Of a stretch of DNA of 56,700 nt, positions 1 to 12,400 are shown in pieces. Each line of letters opens with the position of its first letter. Position 1 is the stretch's first letter. Source of the DNA: an uncultured virus (IMG/VR IMGVR_UViG_3300017917_004074) (Duplodnaviria; Heunggongvirae; Uroviricota; Caudoviricetes); the IMG/VR virus record IMGVR_UViG_3300017917_004074. One strand, written 5' to 3'. Position numbers and translations under genes: made by a program. Under the pieces are notes generated by a model. It saw nothing but the letters and a program-made list of their open reading frames with translations, searched no databases and was not told the origin of the DNA.

Positions 1-3000
1 GAACATATTCATGAGTCCGCTTAATCCATCGCTAAGTGCGGTAAACAAAGGTCCTATATTAGAATCCCAAAAAGAATCTACGTTGTGAGCTAATACGCCA
101 ACAAAATTTGTTGCGCTATTTCCTTCTCCTTTATTATCTGCAAGAAGTTTTAAAAACTTCTTTTTATCAGAAGAATAATTTTGATTTGGATCAATAAACG
201 CAGCAAATATTTTATCTACTGAATGAAAATCCCATTCATCTCCCCATGAACCAAATCCAATTCCTATTTTTCTAGATGGTTTAAGAACTAACCACGCTCT
301 TGCATAGGGGTCTTGCCACATGGCCTGCCTAAATAGGCCAACTATTAACAAAAACAATTGTTTGGCGCTAAGTGATTTTGTTTGTGTTTTTTCCAATAGT
401 TGAGAAACTTTAATCAAACCACCACCAACGGTTTGCCCAGTAATAAGACTTATGTTACTTGCGTTTTGAAAAAACTTGCCTAACTGTTTATATTTTGAAA
501 CTATTAAGCCGTTAAAGTAATTTATTAAACCGCCGTTGATCTAAGGAAGCATCTATTAAATTTCTCCTAGCGTATTCTATAGCTTCATCAACCTGTTTGC
601 TAACAATTGGTTTATTATTTTGATCTTTTCTAATTGCAGCGCCATAAGGAGTTACGTCATACTGTGGTGTTTTTTGATTAATAAAATCACTTCCAAGAAG
701 AAGCGCGAATTCATCGATTGCACCATTGCCTGAGGAGGCATACTTTTTTATAATTTCTGGGTTTGAATTTGGATTCTTAATAACTTGCATTATTGTTTCT
801 GGTACTGGTGTATCATCATCTGGATCAAGACCAAAAGCATCAAAAAATATTTTTTTAACTGATTCGTAATTATGATAACCAAATCTAAATTGATCCCATA
901 TGTCGTTTGCTTGAGACAGTGTCCTTCCATCTCCAGCAATTACGTGGACTGAAGAATTAGAGCCTTCATCGTAAAAAGCTCTAGCTTGATTTGATGTTTC
1001 ATCAAGCGGATCCCAAACGGCTGCATATTGGACTCTTCCACTCCCACTGTCGTCACCAGTAGTAGGAAGTTCGCTATCAAGAATGTCCCAAAGTTTATCT
1101 TTTGACAATTTATCATACTTAGCTGATAGCACTAAATCAAAATATCCATCGTTACCGTTTTGTGATGGCAATAGGTTTGCTCCTCTTGCGGCGGCCATAG
1201 CAAAATCGCCATCTGTAAGAAGATTGACACCACCAACTGGAGCTAATTCTTTAAATATACTACTTAACGCACTATTTGGATTCGAATTTAATGCTTCTAC
1301 TTGTCTTTCTACCGAATCCGCAGATCCGCCTATGACTCCAGATCTATATAGTGAACCAGCGCTCACAAGTTCTGCCATAAGTTTTTTACTAGTTGCTTGA
1401 GATGCGTCAAATCGACCAAAGCCAACCACCATAGAAGAATCGCCAAAAGCCTGCTTTGCTTCTTCTGTAAGACTAAATTCATTCGCTGGATTATACATTG
1501 TTGTCACAACACCAAGTGGAGTATCGTCATTTACAAACGTGTAATAACATTCTCTTGGAATTGGAACTGGCGCTAGTCCAGATTTTGCTAAACTTGTTGC
1601 TGATTTCTGAGCTATTTCATTATCAAATTTATTTATTACTGCTTGAAAGTTTCCACCACCATCCCCTGGTCTTTCTAGTGCACTTAAGTGCATCATTCCT
1701 AGGTAGTAGGCGGCATCAGGGGAAACAATTGCAGATATACTATTTGATATAATCTTTGATCCCTCTGCCGTAGAAATGTATGTATCAACTTCATCATTTT
1801 TTCCCCACATAAAAAATGCCGGTTTACATACAACAGCTGTTCTAGTTATTGGACTATATACTAAAACTTTTCTTTGCTTGTAGTCAGATGGTTTGCCATA
1901 AAATTCATTATCTTTTCTATCTTTAAAATATTTTTCTTTAAATTTTTTAAACACTTCATCATCCGTGTCTCCGTCAGTTATATCATATGGCCATCTCATT
2001 GCAATGTAAAACTGTTCATCAATTGCGGTTTCTGGACATCCCCAATCTCTATAGCTAAACTTGCTAGAAGAAATTATTTTACTTGTATTTATATATTCGT
2101 ACTCCCAGCTTCCTTCAAGTTTTGAGGTTACTTTAGAAACTTCGTTTCTCATTGACGGTAGCGGCATTCTGACAAAAGCCTTTAGTTTACTATCAGATGT
2201 TGATTCAACTATATCGAATATGGAATTTTCTGCGCTCAATAGGGTGTTTTTATCAAGAGAATTTGTAAAAGAAATTGCATCAAGTTTTATGGAAAACTCA
2301 ACCTTATCATCTGTGCTACCTTGAATAACATCAACCAAAGGAGTTGTTCCGACTAATTGAGCTTCATAAGCTAAAAGATTAATATAAGTTTCATCTGAAT
2401 AAAGTTTTTTCCAATCTGAACCTCCCTTTTCAAAGCTGGCGTTTTTTATGTCCCTGTTATGCGAAAGGGCATAGAATGGATAATCCAATAAGACTGCACC
2501 AGAAGCCCTATCTGTAAAATAGGGGAAAGAATATCTTAATGGTAGTTGTGGAATTTCTTGGTGTACACTTTGAAGATCACTTACCGATATTTGTATTTTG
2601 TCTCTATCCGTAGTTATTGGTAAGTGGAACCCCACCGTTGCATAACCTTTGTTTATCGGAATTTCTGAAACAACTTTATTTTTTTCATTGTTTAAATATT
2701 GAAGTCTTTTTGGATCGGTTAGGTTTATAACTCTACCCTTGAGAACACCAGCTGGTGCATATATATTTGCAGCCAGCGACTGATCTCTAGCTATTTGCTC
2801 CAAACTAAGAAGCGGACTTTGTATGGTTCTAAATGCTTCGTAGTCTGCAGTTGGATTGGATGATTGATTAATCTTGTTTAAAAGATCTAATAATTCTGCG
2901 TCTGGACTTCTATAGGATGGGGTTTTTAATCCCATTTCAACAGCTTTCTTTTCAGAAGGAAACCCTGTTGTTATTGGTACCACGCCAGATGTATAAAGCC

Positions 3001-6000
3001 AATGTGGCTTTCCATAAAATATTGTAGACCTATCTTCGAAAGGACGAACGGCAACTATGTAGTTGGGAAGTAGGCGTGCACAAAGCTGGAACATATCCCA
3101 TACGGTTTTCATGTAAGTTTGGGCCCTAAATGAAACTTCGTCAAACCCTGGCATGTCATCGTCTAGAGTGCTTATTAACCCAAGTGTTTGGAATATGTTT
3201 GCTCCACCACGACCAGAAAGTGAACCAAGTAATGTGGCACCACCAAAAGCTGCAGTGGTTGCACCTATTACTGGAAGAGCCAATCCACCCGTACCTACCG
3301 CTAATGCGGTGCCAGCAGCAAGTAGAGTGCCACTAAGAATGACGGAGGCTATACCACCACTTGATCTCGATTCTTTTCCGCTATTAGCAACGTCTATTGC
3401 GGCACTTGCTGCTGTTTCGCCAGAATTATATCTCCTAAGTAGATCATTCCAAGATGCATCCGTAAGCCTATCTAGGTAATGAAGACGAGGATTTGGGTTA
3501 TCTTCGGGCGTTAGCGTAGCTGCATTTGACCAACCATCACCAAGATCTCCACCTAAGAATTGAGCAACGCCTGTTCCATTACCAGGATATATATTTCTTT
3601 TAAAAATTTCTAAATCTCTTTGCGCTGCAAAATTTGCCCACATGGTTCTCATATACCCAAGAGTTGGTATTCTAAAGTTTGCACCTAGAGAAATACCAGT
3701 TTGATTAGTGTTATCGCCAAACGGGTTTAAAGCACCAGCAACCTGAGAAATACCTGCTCCAGTCATTCCTGCTGCAGAACTTATTGGCCCATCACCACCC
3801 GCATTTCCCATAGCCAGTAACGTATCGCTTACTGCATTTCTGATTCCAAGATTTCTGTTATATTCTATTTCATTAAGCGCTTCGTATGGCATCATGCCAA
3901 AGTGTCTAATTCCGAAATTTATTTTCGGAGAAAATCATACCTCTAGTCGCATATGCAAACGCTTCTCTGACTCTTGAACTACCCATAGAAAGGAGTCTTA
4001 CCATCAAGTCTCTTGGTTCAGACAGATAAAGCCCAGTGTTTAAACCACCGTCAATTTTGCCACTGTCACCTTTTTTGTCAACGGAATTAACAACTGGACT
4101 TAATTCTATTGCGTCTGATTGACATGTAACGGTTACAACTTCTCCAAGTTCGACTTCTGTTATTACTCCATTGAAAACTGTCTGCAGAGAATTTGGATTT
4201 GAACCGTAGCCAACTCTTAGATGAACTCTTACTCCTGGTTTTAATCTTATGTTTTCAATGTCAACCACGTACTGAGACTCCATATGGCCTAACATATTTC
4301 TTGCCGTATTAAGAGTTCTGTCGATAACTGCTTCCATTCCGTTAGTAAGAGAAAGTTTATCTACACCTGGTTTTGATTCCTGCTCCCCAATACCTCCATT
4401 GAAAATTGCCGTCATTTCTTTTGTTGAAAGTTTTGAATACATATTCGAAACTCTGAATACGAGCGTATCACCAAGTATATCCTCAGAAGAAACTATAGAA
4501 AAATCTATTATTGATTGTAGCCCATAAAAGTTATCAAAAAGTTTCGTTCCGGCAAAAGATCGTTCAGAAATTAACCACAACATATAAGTTGGAAATGCTC
4601 TGACCATTCTTCCAGATATATCTCTGTAGGATGTATCTAGCATCATTTTTTCCCAATGCTCAGATGTTGACTTTGCATTGTTTGCATTTTGCATTGTTTG
4701 CGGTTTGGAGGAGTCACCAGATGAAAACGCATATTGATATTCCGAAAGTGCCTTAGCTCCAGGAACACCCGTCAAGCTTTTTGTAGTTCCTCTGTCTGGA
4801 GTTTGTATGTCTGTTATTCCTATGTAGTTTACAGAAGCGTCTTTTTTAACAGCAACGTCGTCTATCGTTAAGTAAAACTTTCCGTTAACTTTATCTATAT
4901 AGCCAAATTGATATCCGTCAGCTGTTTGCATTATTGAAGGTATTTTTGAATCGTTCGGGTTTTCTACTGCCGGGAATGTGTGTATGATGGCGTGCGCATC
5001 GAGTTCGTCTGGATTAAAGCTTATATACTTATCTTCTTCTGAATTACCATTTTTTCCAGAAAGAGCGGCTTGCAGTTTTGCTGCTGCTTCTGGATCTTTT
5101 GATGAAATATCCCCGAGTTTTAATTGACCAGACACTATCTTAAAAGCTGAGTCTGCTACTGAATCATTTGGAAAATCACTTTCTTCCAAAGTATCAACAT
5201 AGTCAAGAAGAAATCTTTCATTATCTTCCGTTTTGAGCGCTTCAACAATAAATGAAGCTACCTGCGATGAGTTAAGGTTTAGAGTTGTTTTTGCGTAACG
5301 CTTCAATCCTATGAGATCATTTTTGTTAATATACTGTTTGAATATAGAAAGAATATTTTCATTTTTATATTCGGTTCCACCATATGGAGTAACTACTTTT
5401 ATTTTTCCTGAAAGATCAACCGCTTCTATATTTAATTTTGCTAATTTACCTTTATTATTTGTTATGTTATTAACAACATCTTTATCTAACATTTCAAAAG
5501 ATCTGAAATAAAAATCAGGATCTAAACATCCTACAACTTCCCCATCTTTATTTCTAAGTTCAAGTGGAAAATCCGGGTAAGCATTAAAGGCTCCCCAAAG
5601 TTGTTTAATTCTTAAAAATGGATTCTTTTTTGTTCCAAACTCTTCAATAAGTTTTTTCTGTTGGTCAGAAGATAGTTTTTCTCTTTTTTGTTGGAAAATA
5701 TCAAAATCAACCAGCCTTATTGCTACATCATAAACGTGTGGAAAATTTGGCACTGTCGATACACTAAAGGACAACGGAAGAACATACTTTACACCAGCAA
5801 GTGCCGTTACAATATTCTTTATGCCCATAAATCCCATTACGCCCGCCGCGTGTTCTAATCGAGCTAAGCCGTTAATATGTTCAAATATTTTTCTTAATTT
5901 TATTAATTCCTTTTCTCCAAAAACTTTTAAGGATATATTTATATAGTTATCTCCACCGCCCACGTGTTGATAAGTAGGCTCTTCTAGCATCTGGACTTGT

Positions 6001-8943
6001 AATGGAATAATATTATTACTCATGGAAATTGACACATCTGTTACGATGGCTGCAGTGGGGTCGATATCCACCCTCACCATTGGGACTTCCCATTCTCTTA
6101 AATGAAAGCTTCCCGCTCTTTGTCTAGCGGCTTCCATCAGATCTCTTATGGGGCCTGCTCTAAAGAATCTTTCATAAACTAAAGCGGAGTATGCGTCGCC
6201 GTATTGTTTTTTAATTTTTTCTCTTTCAGATTCTTTTTTATCATCTGACCAATCGGTTCCAACATTATTAACAACTTTCTGTAGCTGTTCATCCACTAGA
6301 AAATCTAAATAAGAATTAATATTTAAGGCTTTACTTCTAAAGAATATTTTTATATCAAGAAGTGATTCATCTTTAAATATTACACTTCCGAACTTGTACT
6401 GTTGAGATGTCTCTGTAAATGCGTTATCGTCATTGGAAAAGTTTCTTAAAAAACTTTTTCTGTCTGAATCCAGAGATGAATTTTGTCTTATAAAACTTTC
6501 AATTAAAAAAGAATATGCTTTTTGCTGAAAGTCACCAGCTGTTATGCCAGCTGTCAAAACATCGATGCTATCTAAAACTTTTTGTCTAACGGTATACTCA
6601 ACTATGTTTCCAACTGATGTAGTGATTACAGAATCTAGACTTCTTCCATAGCTAGCTGATTCATTAATATCAATTCCAAAATTAGCCAAAAGGTTTGCCC
6701 AAGTTGATCTCGAAGTGTCACTAAGAAGTTCCATTTCCGGATTTTTAAATCCATACAAATCTGGAGTAAATATTTTTGTTTGCGTTTCTTGAGGAACATA
6801 GAATGTTATGTTGCTTCCGTTGGTCCATTCCCTAATAACATTGGTGGTAAATACTTCGTTTTTATAGCCCAAAAGACCTTCTGAATCAGAAGAGCCATCT
6901 TGCTGGTTTTGACCATCTCTATCTGATGACCACTGTTTATCTAAAGCTTTTTGAACTGGATCACTAATACCTTGGTCATCTTGAACCATTAAGAATTCTT
7001 CATTTATATAATTATGAAGGGCGCCAGCTGCTTTACCCATATACTGTCTAAACTTACCCCAGTGAACTGCTTGATTAAAATCATTGATCATTGGAAGGAA
7101 TGGTTTGTGGTTGAAGTTATACAGATTTAAATTAACAACAAGAGCAAACGGATAATTCGGTATTGTTGATATTGACATACTGTGTAATGCCACACCAGTA
7201 ATTCCATACACTGAGTTTAGATATTGATTTCTTATTGGCAAAAATGGAGCGTACTTAAACGCTGCAACAAGTCCTCTCAAGGATGAAAGAAACTTATCTA
7301 TTTTTTCATCGTTGTCACCCTCGCCACTAAAATCAATTGTAAAATTATCCTTAAGCCTTATCTTAGAAGCTTCATCTATGGAAATGCCCCAGATTTCTTC
7401 ATAGTTCGGAAAAAACAATTGCATTGATATAGTCGTATGTTTGTAGCCGGCGTTAAACTTTGGCGTGTTTTTTTGACGCAGAGCCCCTTCGCCCAAGCTA
7501 CTTACCTTAAATTGAGTTTGAACATCTATGTTAATAGGCGGAACATAAAAGTTAGACGCACCTAATCTTAAATGAAATATGTCTGGAGATGCTGGAGGAA
7601 TATTTTGCCTAAAAGGAAACTCTCTTAAAGCCTTTTCTATTCTCTTGCCAGTATTTATAAGATCCCAAGCGCCCTCAAATACATTTACACCATTTACTTG
7701 ACCAAAAGCGGTCATTAAATCATTTAATATTTCTTGTGGATCATTTAATCTATCTTCCGAGCCACCACCTTTTCCGTCATTTGAATAATCAGCGGTTAGC
7801 GCGAGGGAGTTAAAGAAAAACGCTGCTAGATCAGGAAAATAATTATATATACTTGCAAGTAGAATTGGATCCCTAGATAGATTTATAAGAGCATTACTTA
7901 AAGCAGTAAGCCATATGGTATCCCTTGCGCCATCCAAAACACTAAGAGAAGAAGCACTTGCTTTGACTTTCGCTACATTAGCAAATCTCTTTCTACCATA
8001 TGTTCTTATCGCATCAACGTGAATTAATAAGTCAAATATGCCAGAAGAATCCATTTTATTAAACAGACTCTTTGAAAGATTTTCATCTCTGATAAGATCT
8101 TTTATCTTATCATAATTTGGAGCTAAGGCAGATACGAATAATCTATACGTATCACCGAGTTTGATCGGCGTATTTTGCCGGGTTTAATAAACTATTTCTT
8201 TCTATTACATTTAAGATAAGAGTCGCTGTTGAGTCACCAGCAGGGCCGGTCATACCACCATGGCTTAAAAATTCTCGCAAGGCTTCAAGCCTCTCAGAAT
8301 CAGGCATTACATCAACAGGCAGATCTGCATCTGCGGGTGGCGGCTCCTCCGTATCAACGGGGGGAGCTTGTTTCGATAAGTCAAACGTGCTTAGTCTGCT
8401 AATTACGGCGTCTGTAAAAGTTAGAACGACCTGCTGGGCTCCGTTGTAAGGAGAGCCAAATATACTATTAACATTATCAAAATCTTCATAATATTTTTTC
8501 CATGCGTTATTAAAAACTGGATCATCAATTGAAACATTTGACTTGGGATCCGGTAGAGAGTTATCAAAATGTTTCTTTAAATACTCCCTAATATGAACGT
8601 CTGTTACAGAGTCAACACTATAATCAAAAGCCTGTACCGATTTTTCAATTAGTTTTTTTCTTAATGAAACCCAAATTAAATCTTTTGAATCTGGTATTAT
8701 TATTTTTTTAGCTGACGGCAGTTTGGATCCATTGTAGGATGTAGTGTTTCCTTCAGCGTCTACCTCAGAACCAGTTTTGGTGAATAATCTTACTAAGTTA
8801 GCGTAAGAAGCAGACCCGGTTACTGGGTCATCGGTTGACGCATTAGTTTTAAGATATTGTATTTCTTTTACATAGTCAAGTAAGAGCTGCTGTGTAGCAA
8901 ATGTTGACTTTATATAGTCAAAGGACTCTTTATTCATTGACAT
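1..8943 (-). CDS. Giant baseplate hub/tail-associated virion protein (>=2980 aa, runs off the window), reconstructed across three +1 shifts at CGG (extra G on + strand at 8157, 3914, 535)
   Basis: ORFs 8152..8943, 3906..8054 and 512..3895 plus an open frame to position 1 join when one C is skipped at each in-frame CGG (junctions DQT-GDTY, NKF-GIRHFG, LDQ-GGLI). Contains a hub-like segment (IRLKPGVRVHLRVGYGSN...VFNGVITEVELGEVVTVTCQSDAIEL) and lies downstream of the tube and chaperone genes. Confidence 0.65.
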
Positions 8944-8946
8944 ACG

Positions 8947-9426
8947 TTATTTAAACATTCTTTCTAATCTATTCATTTCAGCTATTTTTGCTCCGGAAGT
9001 ATTAGCTTTCATCATTCTTGAATAATTATTTATTATACCAGAATTGTTTGATTTATTAAAAGAATTTGAAAGTGACTTTATATTTAAAATATTTGTTTTA
9101 TTTTTTCCAGAAATATTTTTATTTTGTCTAGCTTGTTGATTTCTTGGATTATCGTAACCGGTATTGTTAGCCTGTATCCAGGCTGGCGCACTGCGCATAT
9201 AGCCCTCATACGAACCTCTAACCGGATCAGAAGAAGGAGCTACTGCTTCCGGGGATTCAGTGATAGCCCTTTTGCTTTCTTGGACTGCACTAGGCTTACC
9301 ACTAGACGGTGTATGACTAACCTGAGCTGATAGCTGAGTGGATCTGCCTACTATTGGCCTTGTATCGGGCCTAGCATTAGCAGCGTCTTTTAGCTTTTTA
9401 TTATAGTCAGCGTTTAGTAAACTCAT
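8947..9426 (-). CDS. Hypothetical protein (159 aa, basic, low complexity)
   Basis: Intact ORF packed with 3-nt gaps between two giant genes on the same strand. Confidence 0.6.
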   Translation of the reverse strand: MSLLNADYNKKLKDAANARPDTRPIVGRSTQLSAQVSHTPSSGKPSAVQESKRAITESPEAVAPSSDPVRGSYEGYMRSAPAWIQANNTGYDNPRNQQARQNKNISGKNKTNILNIKSLSNSFNKSNNSGIINNYSRMMKANTSGAKIAEMNRLERMFK

Positions 9427-9429
9427 ATT

Positions 9430-12400
9430 TTAAAATGAACCAGCTATATCATCATAGTGATTGCCGCCAAGATCAGGCAAACTGCTATGCATAGTACCCT
9501 GCATTTGACCATTTGATAAGTATCCGGCCCTACTCATAAACTCCTGCATCTTTTCATAATCTCCGTTAACGGAAACATTATAAGAAACACCTTGCCCACT
9601 ACCTGCTGTAGGCATTGGTTCTATGGCGTACGGCATTGTCGGAATGTTTTCATACGGATTGCCACCAGGCAGGAGTGGCGGACCAGATATACTTTCTGGT
9701 GTTACATCTTTATTTCTTTTCATTGCAAATATAGCTATTCCCGTAGCTGCAGCTGCGCCTGCTATTATTTTACCTTTGTTTTGAAAAGCTCCAGAAAGCA
9801 TCGCGCCCAAATTCGGGTTGTCTGCTATTTGCTGTTGTACAAATTGACCGAATCTAGTATATTTAGCTCGAGGAGCGATTTGATTCATAATTAGATCTGC
9901 GTTGGTTTGCGCAATATCATCCTGTAGCGCCGTTAAATCAACTATTTCATCAGTATATCTACCAAGTATTTCATCAATAGCGTCTGTGGCTGAACCCACA
10001 GGGCTTTCTTGTACTGCGGTCTCAAATGCCTCAATCATACCTGGAGCCCTTAAAGCTATACCCTCATACGTATCTCTTGCTCTACGTATTGCTATTATTC
10101 TTCTTAAGTTCATAATGTATCTTTCGGTTGCCGCGGCCATATCTTCTTCTCGTATTGCCACACCTTTATTCGTTAATACCGAAGTCATTCTATCTCTATA
10201 CCTTTGCATTACCAAGCTCTCAACATCCTCTTGTCTTTCCGCAGCTAATGCCAATAAATCATTGACTAAATCTGCATCTATCGCCGGATTATAGGCTGTA
10301 CCAACTTTTTTGGATGCAACAAGACCGAGGTCTATAGTTTTTCCTGATGCGTCAGCAAAGAAGTTTGCAGTAGACGGCATGTTTTCTGGGAATAATTGTT
10401 GCCTTAAACCGCCTAATCCGAATCTACTTAACATTGAGTCTATCTGAGCGTTTTGTTGTGCTGCGGGGTCAAATATGCTCGGACTTAGTACTTGAGATAT
10501 TCCACCCATTCCAACTGAATCAAGAGCCTCGATAATTTCTGCTGGTACCTGCTGCATTATTCTAGGTATGTCTTTTAGTGCCCTGGTTTCAGATGTAACT
10601 GTAGCTCTTGCGTTTGAGTAATCAAAAATTCTATTTAAAGTACTAAGAGAAAAAAAATCTTCTCCTGGAGCTATGTTTGTTGGACGGATTCTAGACAGAT
10701 AATCGAAAACGTCGTCAACCATGGATAGCGTTCCCTGGTTACCCTCTAAAGACGTTCTAAGCATTGAGGCTCTTGCGTAATCAACTATATCCGATAAAGC
10801 GTAGTTTCTTCCAGCTATTGAATATTGGTTTTCTCCATATTCTCCTATTGGACTTAAAACAGATTCTAGTATTCTACCAAGTCCTGATTGAGCAGAAGCT
10901 TCTGCGGTTGTAACACTAGAGTATTTCTTTTGATAAAATAAAAGTGTCTGAATATGTCTTAGGGCAGCAGACGGATCATCTGGATTCGATCTTATAACTT
11001 CTTCTAAATTTTGAATAATATTTTGCGAAATTGTATTTTTAGTTTGCTCTAGTCCAATTCTTGCTTTTTCTAAAACAACATTTATTGCTTGACTTGAAAC
11101 AGATTCAGCTTGATCCAACCCGGCTACAATAGATCTTTCTGGTGCACCATTAGCAAAAAGTTCATCAATTCGGGCTATAAGATTTTGGTTTTCGTCGCCA
11201 AACTGATTCAATCTGTCTACTCTTTTTAAATCTGATTCTAGTCTATAAAGTTTTTCATATTCTGCTAGTTCGTTATTTTGTTGTTCTAGTAAATTTTTTG
11301 TAAGAAAATTTTCCACATCTGCTACTTCTTGGCTTTGTTTTAAAACTCCATAAAACTGAGCGAGTTCAGTACTTGCGCTTGATCTTAAAATATCTTCTTT
11401 GCTTTTAAGGGTTTCAAGTAGCTTTGCTGTTTCTGTCATATCGTTAACGAGTAAAGCTGCCGATTGTGCGTCAGGTAATCCGAGCATTGTTTAAAAGAGA
11501 GGCCTTTAATTGACCTAAACTTTTTGTTACTCCCTTTTTATCTAAAACGCTTCTCTGCACTTGGCTGACTGCGTTTTCGATATTTGCAATAATTTTAGTT
11601 ACTTCATCGGTGCCAGAAGTTGCGCCTGTTGCCCTAGATAATCCAAGCTTTAATCCTTCTAGCATGTTTTCGGCTACAGACAAAACTTCTCCGATTTTTA
11701 CCCATACTTAGCTTTAGTTGAGTAGCAAATCTATCAAACCCTATTCTTTTTGATTTTTCTACACCTAACATAATTTGATATGCAAGTAACTCTCCGCATA
11801 TCTTGGGCAGACCCAGCTACTGCTGCGCTACCAACAGATGCTGCTCCGACATCCATGAATCCAAAAGCTATTTGCTCAAGCTTTTGTGCTCCAATTGAAT
11901 CTCCGGCGGTAAGCCTGCTACCAGATTGATCTAATAAATTAGTTACTAGCTCTTGCATTTGTTGAGAGAATCCCTTTTTATTGTTTGAATAAGCTGCAGT
12001 AAGTGCTTGAATCTTTTGTGTTATTTGAGCTTCACTATGCCCCAATTCTCTAAACGCAGTTTGAAATTGATTTAAAACTGCTTCTTCCCCAAAATCAACA
12101 CCAGTTTTTACAACTGCTAATCTACTTAAGCTTTTGTTTATTGCTTGGTTTCTTGTAAATTCATCTAAAACACCCTGAGAGTCAGAAGAAAATATTTGTG
12201 TTGCTGCATACAATTCTTGAGCGGACCCGGCAATCTTAAGTCTTCCGCCGCCGCCTGCAATAGCTGCGTCAATTGCTTGCTCTGGAGTATATACTGGTAT
12301 TGAATTGATTCTTAATGACGATAGTCTTTTTTGTAAATCATTTGCATCAAACGCATTGGATGTATTTAATCTTTCCATGATAGAAGAAATTGCGTCTTGT

